Below, piece by piece: positions 1 to 25,900 of a stretch of 52,285 bases of DNA (the first letter of the stretch is position 1; every line of letters begins with the position of its first letter). Source of the stretch: Octopus bimaculoides (taxonomy: Eukaryota); NCBI RefSeq assembly GCF_001194135.2, contig NC_069001.1, positions 8,827,686-8,879,970 of the forward strand, in the 5' to 3' direction. Both the position numbers and the translations under genes were made by a program. The notes beneath the pieces were generated by a model. That model had not been told where the DNA came from. It ran no database searches and saw only the letters and a program-made list of their open reading frames with translations.

Positions 1-500
1 TCCATTTTATGCCATCACTACCATGAAGAACAGGACAAGTCTCATTTCCATATCTTGAAAATGCGAAAAAAAAAAAGAAAAAAAAAAAGACATAAAAACT
101 CCACATTTCCAAATATTTTTTTAATTGTTTTTTGTATTTTTTTTTTTATGTAATCAGTATCATATTTTATGGAAGATAGGATATTAGAAATGGTACATCA
201 TCATCATCATCATCATTATTATTATTATTATTGTTGTTGTTGTTATTATCATTGTTATTATTATTCTGATCAGTTTCTGGGAGAATGGCATACACAATAT
301 GCTTTACAATATTTAGTTACAATTTTACATTCAGAGTTCAAATCCCACTAAAGTCAACTTTGCTTTTCATCTCTCTGGGGTTAAAATAAAGTACTAGTCA
401 CATACAAGGGTTGATTGTATCAACTAAACCTCTCCCTTCGAAATTACTTGTTTAAATAAGATTAAAAAAATATATTATTATTGTTATTGTTATTATTATT

Positions 501-706
501 GAGGCAGTGAGCTGGCAGAATTGTTAGCACACCGGACGAAATGCTTGATGATATTTCACCTGTTGCTACATTCTGAGTTCAAATTCTGCCGAGGTCGACT
601 TTGTCTTTCGTCCTTTCAGGGTCGATAAAATAAGTACCAGTTGAACACTGGGGTCGATGTGATCACCTCCCTCAATATTGCTACCCTTGTAGCAAAATTT
701 GAAACC
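501..706 (+). mobile_element. tRNA-derived SINE family A, full copy
   Basis: Head GGCAGTGAGCTGGCAGAA, B-box GAGTTCAAATTC, tail CAAAATTTGAAACC, flanked by (TTA)n. The family recurs more than 20 times in the window. Confidence 0.85.
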
Positions 707-724
707 ATTATTATTATTATTATT

Positions 725-845
725 AAGGTGGTGAGCTGACAGAATCATTAGCTCGCCAGGTGAAATGCTTAGTAGTGTTTCAGCTGCTGCTACATTTTGA
801 GTTCAAATTCTGCCGAGGTTGACTTTGTTTTTCATCCTTTCAGGT
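725..845 (+). mobile_element. SINE family A, 3'-truncated tandem copy
   Basis: Same head and B-box as 501-706. Confidence 0.8.
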
Positions 846-2729
846 AAGGATTTTTTTTTTTTTTTTTTTGTCCAGCATGCTAGCAATTCTACCAGCTTGC
901 CACCTTGATGATGATGATGACGATGATGATAATGACAGTTGTAGGTAATGAGGAAAATACAAAAGCAAGAAATTTCATTTGTCCCATTCTTTGAGAATAA
1001 AGTGTAAGGCTTTTGTAATTAGTTTAGAAACTCTCCCCTATCCCTCCTTGCAATAAATGTATAATACGCTGGAGTGTGATGGTAGTGATGGAGGTGGGAT
1101 TGAGTAATCAGTCACCTGAAGCAATAGAACATTGTTCTGCATGGATCTGCACATTTTAATACGATTCAGGTTCAAAACCCACCATTGTCATGTTTTTAAC
1201 CATAACCCCCTACTGGGAGAGTCTATGCATGACAAAATAATACATTTTAGGTTTGATTCAGTCACCTCTGCCACTTCTTCATCTTTCACTCCATCTTTCC
1301 TTCTCCACAATATTTTGGTCTAGCACCAATTTCTGAAGAGAATTGTTATCTGATTTATATTTGTTTTTATTTTATTTGCTATCTTGTCAGTTATGTTGGT
1401 GTTTTGTTTTTTGTTCTTAATTTTTTTATACCGTTTTATATCTTTGTTGTATTGTTGTTTAGCTCTCAGTCAGCCCTGATCCAGCAGACGGACTTATTAT
1501 ATAAAGTATTCCAGCCGTGGTGATCTTGTTATTTATACATCTATTTATTTTTGTTAAAGCATTAGTATATCTAGGAAGACATCATCCATATTGTCCTCCC
1601 AGATTAAAAGGCAATAGTATGTCATTTGAGGGAAATTTGGTCGGTATTTTTAGCAGTTTGAGTAACTGTGTAGTGGCTAAATTTATTTTTTTTTGTTATT
1701 TAGCATGTATGTATGTATGTATGATGTAAATCTGGCGAGTATTTATCGAATGTATTATCATTTATTTTATACAAGCATTTTAGCAGAATCAAAAGAAAAG
1801 AAAAGAAAAACAGACTAAAAAAAAAATGTTGTTCATTCCATTTTGATTGCTTGTAGATTTGAAGACCTGACAAATCTATCTCTGTCCCAGACACAAGATA
1901 CAAATGGTTAAACAGGTTATTAAATTTGTGAGACATAGTTTAAATATTTTTTTTTTAAACTGAAACATTTTGTTTTTTGGGATCTATAATAAATAAAGAT
2001 CTTTATTTAAATTCCTTAATATGATGTTGTCTCTTCAATTCTATTATTGTTTTCTACTAATATACTAATGTACATCTTCTGTTGGTTGGCTTCAACTTCC
2101 CTATTTTGTTTTTCACCCATTCATTTGTGTAGGTCTGCAACAACACTTCTTGAGGGAACATGTTTCAGGGGCCAGAAAAAGAAAGGAACTGAGCTGTTTG
2201 TTGCAATAAATACATCTAAAACAAAATTTTTTCATGAACCCTTAAAACACTACTGAGGATACTCAATTTACTATTTTGCTTGCGTGGACTCCAAAAACCT
2301 TATATGGACCCTAGCTGAGGACCATTTTTAAAATGACAATGGTGCATTTACCTTTATTGATATTAGGGAGACACATACTAGAAAATATTACGATGACATA
2401 TAGCTGAATCTGGAGATCATGTGTTGTGTCTTGCTCAACACTGATATGTCGCGCATGACAGGCTCAAACGGCGTACCTCATCATCTGACACCACTCATGC
2501 CTGTCTACTATTTGTGGTGAAACAGCCCACTTCTCTCACTCAGGCTGTCCTCCACAACACCTCCACTTCTGAGATTTTTTTTTCACATAGCACTTTATAT
2601 TAATGCCAACATAACACAAACATACACACATGCTATCATTCTCTAACACACAAAGTCTCTCTCTCTCTCTCTCTCTCTAAAAAAACATACTCTGATAAAA
2701 AGAAAAGATAAAACAAAAAACGAAGAGAT

Positions 2730-3480
2730 TCATTTTGTAGAGTAGGAAATTATATATTTTGTAGAGGAAGAAATCATATAACATAATTTGTAGAACAAAA
2801 CATCATATTATATATTTTCTAAAGCAAGAAAACATCTCGGTATATCTCTTATAGAGCAAAAAAAAAAAAATCATATCACACATTTTGTAGAGCAAGAAAT
2901 TACATTTCATCGCTTGTAGAGCAGTAAAATCATATTGCATACATTGTAAACAGGAAATCATTATATATATTTTGTAGAGCAGTAAATCATAAATAATAAA
3001 TCATGCAGAACAGGATATCAGTCATATTACATATCTTATAGAGAAAGAAATCATAATATTGTTGAAAGGAAACAATGTTATATTACACACTTTGTAGAGC
3101 AGGAAATCATAATACAAGTTAAACTTGTGAAACAGAAAATCATATCACACATTTTGTAGAAGGAAAAAATCATATCAAATACTTTGGTAGAACATAAAAT
3201 CATATTAAACATTTTGTAGATTAGGAACAGGAAATGATAATACTTATTTTGTAGAGCAAATAAATAATAAATACTAAATCATATTGCTTATCTTATAGAC
3301 AAACATATAATATTTAATCTTTAGTAGAGCAGAAAATAATACTAAAAGTTTTGTAGGGCATAAAATCAATTATTACATGTTTTATAGAATAAGACATTAC
3401 ATATCTTGTACAAATCAGGACATTATATAGATATCTTGTAAAGTAATAAATAAAATTATTTTCTAGCTTTTGTACAAGGT
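2730..3480. repeat. Degenerate ~30-bp minisatellite, about 25 units (consensus TTTGTAGAGCAGGAAATCATATTACACAT)
   Basis: Recurrent GTAGAGCA(G/A)GAAATCATA cores spaced about 25-37 nt apart. Confidence 0.8.
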
Positions 3481-3642
3481 CATAGGGAGAAGACAATCAA
3501 TTACATTGACATTGGTACTAACTTTACCAATCCCGAGAGGATGAAAGGCAAAGTTGACCTCAGCGGGATTTGAACACGCAACATGAAGAGTTGAAAACAT
3601 TTTGTCTGACACACTAATGGTTCTGCTAGCTCAACACGCTAA

Positions 3643-3863
3643 CCCTTTAACATTCTGATTCTTCTGTTAAATGTAAAGCATATTTTATTCACATTGCTTT
3701 GAATTAATCATGCTTTATCTCATAGCTTCAAGATTTCAACGACAAGATAGTATATTTTTAGAATATCATTGTAGGGTATGTGTGAGAGGCTGGATCTGGC
3801 CAGTTTGCACATAAAACAGGTAGAATATTTTGGTTGGATATGGCCGGTTTAAATGCTAAAAAG
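3643..3863. mobile_element. piggyBac-type MITE, family 1
   Basis: Degenerate TIR CCCTTTAACATT...AATGCTAAAAAG, TTAA on the right side; internally similar to 41941-42151 and, inverted, to 27213-27432. Confidence 0.7.
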
Positions 3864-4149
3864 TTAAAGCTCTAAATAGAATACATACACTGTAGAACAG
3901 GAAATCATATTGCATATGAGGCTCAGTAAGAAATCACAGAAAAGTTTAATTTCATAGAACTACAAATATTAAAATATATGTATATATAGTAAAATATCAA
4001 ATGATAACATTTACATATTTCATGGAGCAAGAAATAGCAAAGGCTTACATACTGTAGAAAGAACATTAAACACGGTGTATCTTAAGGTTCCAAAAATAGT
4101 AATGATGCACATGTTGTAGGATTAGAAACAGTGATGTATGTACTGTAGG

Positions 4150-4360
4150 TAAGTCTGGAACTCAGACAACTGAAGAAATCCATCAGGGAAATAGGTACAG
4201 CAGGTGAAACTAGTACAAGATGGCTATGGTTGATAAGAGACCACAAGTGGAACCAACCCTTCTGGAGGTGAAGCCTAGCTCAGTCCTCGCTGCACCACTC
4301 AGGTGAAGCATACAGGCTAAGGCGCAAAATGTTTGTGACCCTGATATACCAGCTGACGAT
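4150..4360 (+). mobile_element. 3' fragment of an RLE-type non-LTR retrotransposon (HERO-like)
   Basis: Translates as LELRQLKKSIREIGTAGETSTRWLWLIRDHKW, resembling the AE..S.WLW.KR...W C-terminus of HERO-like elements (recognised from memory). Confidence 0.4.
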
Positions 4361-4694
4361 ATGAAAGGGTTTCCAGTATTGCAATGGATTTAGAAGAGCT
4401 TACAAAACCTCTGAGTAGCTCCTACAGTTTTTACATGGAGCAAAGCATCTCTGACATTTATTTCACCTAGAGCAACAAATTATAATGTGGTATGGTATGT
4501 TATGCTAGGTGATTACATTGACCCCAGTAATTGACTAGTACTTTATTTTATTAACTTAAAAAGGACTTAAAAGCAAAGTCGACTTTGGCAGGAACTGAAC
4601 TCAGAATGTACAGAACCAGGAAGTTATTGTATAGCATATTTTGCCAATTCACTGCCTTAATAATAATAATAACAATCCTTTCTTCTATAGGAAC

Positions 4695-4875
4695 AGGGGC
4701 CTGAAATTTTAAGGGAGGGGGACTAGTCGATTACATCGATCCCAGTACTTGACTGGTACTTATTTTATCGACCCCGAAAGTATGAAAGACAAAGTTGACT
4801 CTGGTGGAATTTGAACTCAGAATGTCAAAATGGACGAAATGCTGCTAAACATTTTGCCCAGCTTGTTAACGATTC
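4695..4875 (-). mobile_element. SINE family A, reverse; further reverse copies at about 3495-3640, 4520-4660, 5150-5340 and 5360-5550
   Basis: Reverse complement of the family A consensus (GAATTTGAACTCAGAA, ACTGGTACTTATTTTATCGACCCC). Confidence 0.8.
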
Positions 4876-4929
4876 CCGGCGAAAAAAACAGACATATACA
4901 ATCTTCTTAAATATGAGATAACTTGATTG

Positions 4930-5110
4930 AGGAAAATGAAAAAGGTGAAGCTGATGCCAATTATTGTTGGGGTTCTGGGGACAGTTTCAGAAGGTAACAT
5001 GGCCAGAGTCATTGGGTAAGTTTTAGATAGTGGAAGAGAACAGATAGAATGGTATCATAGGCTGTAGGAAGCAAGCTCGCTATGCGTGCAGGACTCCAGG
5101 AGTTCCAGCA
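4930..5110 (+). mobile_element. RLE-domain LINE fragment (R4/Dong- or NeSL-like)
   Basis: Translates as KVKLMPIIVGVLGTVSEG, resembling the PIVIGALG motif at the end of RLE endonuclease domains. Confidence 0.45.
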
Positions 5111-5708
5111 AAACTCGAGTTAAAAGAAATATAATAATAACTGTTTCTAATATAGGTATAAGGATAGCAATTTTGAAGGGAGTTGGTGTTAGTCGATACC
5201 CTTGACCCTGGTACGTGACCCAATTATTTCATTGACCCAGGATGTTAAGTCAAACTCAGAGGGATTCGAACTCAGAATTTAAAAGGCCAGATGAAATACC
5301 ACAGACATTCTTTTCATGGCTCTAATGATTCTTCCAGGGTATTTCATTTAGGAACAAAGCTAACAATTTTAGGGGTGAAGTGGGGTGGTGTGTGGGGGTT
5401 AGTTGACAGCATTGATTGCAGTACTTGACTGGTACTTCATTCTATCAATCCTGGAAAAGTAAAGGTAACCTTGATAGGGCTTGAACTCAGAGCATACAGA
5501 CCAGGAACAGATACTTCAAAACATTTGCCATGTAATATGATTCTGCCAATTAAAAAAAAAAAAATCAGAAAACAAAAAAAAAAAAAACTTAAAGCATCTC
5601 ACCAATAAAATTTTTAAAAGTGGAATAAAACAAAATGAATGAAATTATTTAAATAATGTAATCAGTAGGTGGTTTAGTTTGAAATGCTGCACTGTGGCTT
5701 TCATTCAT

Positions 5709-20426
<14,718 letters not shown>

Positions 20427-21929
20427 TGCTCTTAATGGTTCTGGTGGCACAAACTAAGTGTCTGAGGCATGAATTAATAGAATCGTTGTGAAGTTATGAA
20501 CTAAGTGTTCATGATATGATGAATCTTCCAATGGCATACTCAGTTTTTTTAAGCAATCTTTTACCCTTTCTATCCTTTTTTTACCCTGGCCTTAAATCCT
20601 TGTTATTCTTTCCTTGTTTAAATCTTTTTTTTTTTCAAAGTCTTTCATCCATTATATCATGCATTTCCCCCTGAAACACACAAAATGGAAAAATGATGAA
20701 ATAATAGTCAAGTCTTTCTGAACTTCACAATGTATTGTCTCAAAAAAGCAGAGACAGACAGACAAGATAGATAAATAGATAGATAGATAGATAGACAGAC
20801 AGAAAGATGAATATATAAAAAACAGAAATAAATAACGCAAGGTATTTGTTGTAACGATTTTGTCATTTCACAACAATAATTTCTGACAAGGGACAAAGTG
20901 AAAAATTTGAGGGTGGGGGTAGGGGTGGTCGATTAATTCAACCATGGTACTTGAATGTTGCTTAATTTCATTGACCCCTGGAAGGATTTTTTTAATTGTA
21001 AGGGATCCACCGTAACTGGCGAGGTTCGCCGTTGACACATGTGATGACAAACAACTTCATTGTTATACCAAAATTTCAAAATGAAACAAAATGAATGAAA
21101 AAAAAAACCACCCAAATAAATCAGTGTGAATACGTGCACAATATGTCAATTATTGCCTCCAGTTTACACGTACTGTTCTAAAGTATTGTATTCTTCCTTA
21201 TGGATATTTTTTAGCAACGATATTTGGATTGACTTCACCAGAGACACAACATTTTGCTTAGAATTGCTAGTTTCATGGTCACGTATCACATATTCGATGA
21301 AAAAGCAACATTCCAGGATTCTCCAAAAATCTTACTGTATTGTTATAGACCATCATTTCCAAAATAATCCTCCGTAAATTATAATTTGAAACGACAGTCC
21401 ATATATAGTCATATGAAAAGGGCCGATGATAAATAAGGGGGCATGCGATACAAGGTAATAAACGAAGAAGCGCCAGAGAGGCTTTTTGGTTGTTTCCGCA
21501 AATTTCAGCTGCAATTGTTCGTGGAAGTGCCGCTAGCATTATGGCTCGCCGCAAGAATTAATAATATCAGTCTTAAATCAAGGAATATAATTTATGTAAA
21601 TAATAGAAATAATGGCAAGTCGACTGAATCAACTTCTCAAGTTGATTCAAGTTGACTTATCAATGGAGGTACCAGGTAAAAAAAAAACTCCTAGATCTAC
21701 CTTGTACTTTACTTTAACGACTCTGCAAAGAATAAAACACAAAGTTGGCTTTGGCAAGATTTGAACTCAAACCCTTAAAGGGACATAAACCAAATACTGT
21801 CAAAATTCTTGTAACGATTCTTGACAAGCGATCACACCCTTTCATTTCTGAATAGTAAATAATCACCGGAAACAGAAAACATTACAAAGGTAACAACGGC
21901 ACACACGCATACCTACCTACATATATGTG

Positions 21930-21968
<39 letters not shown>

Positions 21969-22906
21969 TCATATTACAGAAGAAATAAAGAAATCTACAT
22001 CACCTACCTATGATTACTATGATACATATGACACATCGAAACAAGCAGCAGCGGGTGAATATGATATTATGTTTGTTTTAGACTATAATGGTAGGAAGAA
22101 TGTTTTGTGTATTTATTGCAGGCATGCTTACATAAGAAACAAACAAGAAAGTAAATATTGACAGCACAGTGAAGATTCAACTATGATTTCATTGGTTAAT
22201 CTTCAGAGCAGTGAAGACAAAGTTACAATTTCATTGGCTGTTACTCAACCTTCACTACAGTTTCTTCGATCTTCCTCCCAACAGTGTGTCTCTTTCATTC
22301 TGTCTCTCTCTCAAAAGAGAGAGAAAGGAAGAAAGCCAGCGCCACTGGGTTTTTTTTTTACCTTTCGTTTTCAAACTAACGATTGAATGTATATATGTCT
22401 GTATACATAAATATATATTATTTGTAGTCTCTCATCCACCTCCGTGTACAAATCTTTCTCTCTTATAACCTTTCTTTGTATCTCTATGCGATCATTTAAA
22501 AAGTAAATGCAAAAGCAAAAGAAAAAAGAGCAAAACCAAAAAGCAAGCTATTAAAATGTATATTGAAATATAATACATTATTATAATTAAGATTATAATT
22601 TTAAAAAAAAATTATATAGTAGAAAGTTGCTTATTTAAAACATCCAATTAACAATTAAAAAAATTCTTTGAATAAAAAATTTGTTTCTGAACTACACACA
22701 ACAGCTAATATAATATCATATATATACATATATATATGTATATATCCTTCTTCCGACTTAATTTCCCGTCTGCTCGTTGTTTCTGGCGGTGATTTTTTTT
22801 TTTTTTTTTGATAATAGTATGTTATCAACTTGTTGAAGTGTGTAAATTCATTGACACCGATTTTTGGTCCTGCCTCAGAAGAAACCGAAGAAGATCTGAA
22901 GTAATT
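20427..22906. promoter_or_regulatory. Divergent (bidirectional) promoter and 5'UTR interval between the ATAT1 and GNL1 start codons
   Basis: The ATGs point away from each other 2.48 kb apart; locally CpG-richer patches near 21400-21560 and 22745-22790. TSS positions cannot be determined from sequence alone. Confidence 0.55.
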
Positions 22907-22988
22907 ATGCCTCGTAAGAAACCGTTCAGCGTTAAACAGAAGAAGAAACAACTTCAAGATAAAAGAGAACGACAGAGAAGCCAGACAG
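22907..22988 (+). CDS. GNL1: GNL1 exon 1 (MPRKKPFSVKQKKKQLQDKRERQRSQT)
   Basis: Near-identical to the GNL1 N-terminus; donor CAG|GTAAAT, phase 1. Confidence 0.97.
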
Positions 22989-25900
22989 GTAAATAAAACA
23001 CCATAGAATCAAAACTAGACTAGCATTAATATCTAACCACATGATTTCTGACAAAGACACAAGGCTTCGTATTTAAGGAATGTGGTTATAATCCATTTAT
23101 ATATTTACCCGAATGTTTAACTGGTACTTTATTTTAACGACGCCGGCAAGATGAAAGACTAAGTTGACCCCCGGTGGCATTTGAACTCATAACAGAAATC
23201 GACGCTATAAACAGTGCAAGGCATTTTGTCCATCGCTGTAAATAATAATTAACGAGTCTACCTAAGTAGTTTATTTGCGTTCAGTCTGCTAGAAATATCA
23301 GCTAAGTACCCCCTCAAAGAAAGACCATAATATGCCTGCAAGCGTATCTCTCTACGTGTAGTCGCTCTGGACCTCTCTAGAAATAACAGCCAAGTCTCTC
23401 TCAAACCATAAACCGTATTTTCTTAAATACTAATTATATCTTGTATCATGTAATCATAGCTGTATTATTTCTTAATTAAAAAAAAAGAAAGATACCCGAT
23501 TGTCATGGCGGGAATATCTTTGGTTTTAGGTTTTCTTAGGGTTAAACAAAGAAGATTTGTATATGTTTACTTTCGATCTGCTAGAAGTTATTGCTAAATT
23601 TTCCTCAAATCACACTCTACTGTTTTTAAAGAGGAACAACAGACGAAACTAGGCGGTGATGTGCTTAGTCGACCTGCTAAGAATAGCAGCCAACATCTCC
23701 CTCATATATCCTGTCATTTTATAAACCTAACATTTTGAACAATGGACTCTTAGATTTACCGTGTTTTAATAAAGAAGACGGGATAGTCACACCAGGAACG
23801 TTTTTCCACCTTACATCCATTCTATATCAAAGTTGACTTGAGGTTATGCTGCTACCAAGAAGCAATTTCTCGTTTATGTACATAACACGAAAGGTTACTT
23901 CTTACGGAGACGACCATTCTAATTAAAGTCGTTGTCTTCTATGAGCCGACAAGGGAAGTTCTTTATCGTCACACAACCATAATAGCAGCCAAATCTACTT
24001 CAAATCACACCCTGTTGTCAGGGTAGAAAGACATCGAACGAAAGACTGAATAATCTGAGAGAAAGTGCACTTTGCCAAAGAAATAGAAGGTACAGTCTCT
24101 GCTGATATTGCCTTGATTACGAGTCTGATAAATCAAGACAGACCCGAGAATAAACAGACAAGAAATAGCACGAGATACAGATTTCATCATAATTTTTTTT
24201 TATGTAACTTTTACTATGCTGGCAAGAATTGGATATATCACTGTGCAACTTGACACTTGTTGGAATCCTTCAGCATTTTATTTTTTTGCAGCAATAGTAT
24301 CCTAGATTACATAATCAAATGTGCTTTTATTAAAGACAATGATATATGGTTTGTGAGTGATTTGGCTGCTATTTCTGGTACACGGTGAGACTGTATAGAG
24401 ACTCATACACTTCTTTTGAGTGGGAGGTAGATACTTCTAATGAAATATACTACCTTGTCCTGTGTTTTCAATTAATTTTGAAAATAATCCAGCATTTGTA
24501 AGTGGATATTGACACAATAATGGCTGTGTTGTGATGAAGTTTGTTTTCCATCCACATTGTTTGGCATTCAATCTCACTGTTCGGCACTCTGGGTGAATGT
24601 CTTCTACTATAGCCTCAGGTTGTCCAAATTCTTGCAAGTGGGTAGATAAATGGGTTTCAGCCAGGTTCTATATAAGATTTTCTTGTTAAAAAATCATGTG
24701 CAATAAATTGGTTATATGTCTACAATACTCAAAATTTTTTTTTTTTCTTTTATTCAATAATGGAATTATAATAGTTTTTAAACATTAAATGGCTTTGAGG
24801 GTCCACCCAAATAAAATAGGACTCAAAGGGGTCCATAGGCAAAAAATAGTTGAGAACCACTGGGGTAGATGGAAAGTGAAAGAAGCCTGTTGTGTATGCT
24901 TGTGTGTGTCTGCTTGTCCTGATCACATGATAGTTATAAACGAGCATCACTATCATGCATATTAATGAATGACATCATCAAGCAGTGTTTGTTAAAAAAC
25001 ATTCATGAAAACCTCTCTGGCCAGGGAAAATATTGTTTGGAAACAGGTGAGGGTTGGTGACAGGAAGGGCACCTGACAATAAAAAGTCTGTCTCAATGAA
25101 TTCTGCCTGAGCCTTGCAAACAGAAAAATAAATGTTAAAATTAATTGAAAGAAACACAGAGCATCTCAACAGAAATATAGTAATGAAAGGGTTAAACCAC
25201 CATTATCATAACTTTATGTCTGTTGTCCATGCTGGCGTGAGTTGGACGGTGTGACCAGAGCAGGCAAGCTGGAGTGGGGCTGGGGGATGCACCAGACTCC
25301 AGTCTGATTTGGCATGATTTCTATGGTTGGTTGCCCCTCCTAACGCCAACCACTTTACAGAGTGTGCTGGGTGCTTTTACATGGCAGCGCACAGGTGCTT
25401 TTACGTGACACCACCATGAGTGCTTTACACCATCAGAAAGATCGGTCTTGATACTTGTGCTGCAAGGTACGAGTCTTCTTGAGTATGGCCAGGTGCCAGG
25501 TAACTCCGTCCTTTGTCATCTCGCCTGAAAGGTTCAGCTTCCTGAGGTTGTTCTTCAGTACTTCATCTCATGTCTTCCTGGGTCTCCAACTTCCAAAGTG
25601 TTCCATCTACTTTGAGAGATTAGCACTTCTTTATAAATTCTAAAGATTTAATAGTAAATTTAGAACAACAACAACTATTGTTCTCTGACCGAGTCCATTT
25701 TGCTTTCTCCATCACCATCTCGGACAGACCCTGGTTCTATGGTACAAAACTTGTATTTTGAAATGATATAAATTAAATCTGCCATCAAAGTTTCATGTTA
25801 GTTTACAAGGTAGTACCAAAAGGTTCCTGAACTAGTCATGTTCAATGAAAACTTATTTACCTAAGTTTTAACATCATCTCCTTCAAAATAGTCATCTTGC

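Noticed and set aside
169-351. ORF with poly-His/Tyr/Cys
   Set aside because: It is the translation of (CAT)(TAT)(TGT) microsatellites.
2730-3480. CRISPR-like repeat/spacer appearance, also considered for the 127-bp array
   Set aside because: Eukaryotic context, highly degenerate repeats, short non-unique linkers and no cas genes.
20905-20930. G-quadruplex-like GGGTGGGGGTAGGGGTGG near the ATAT1 5' region
   Set aside because: It falls in the variable C-rich tail segment of a reverse SINE A copy, so it is not locus-specific.
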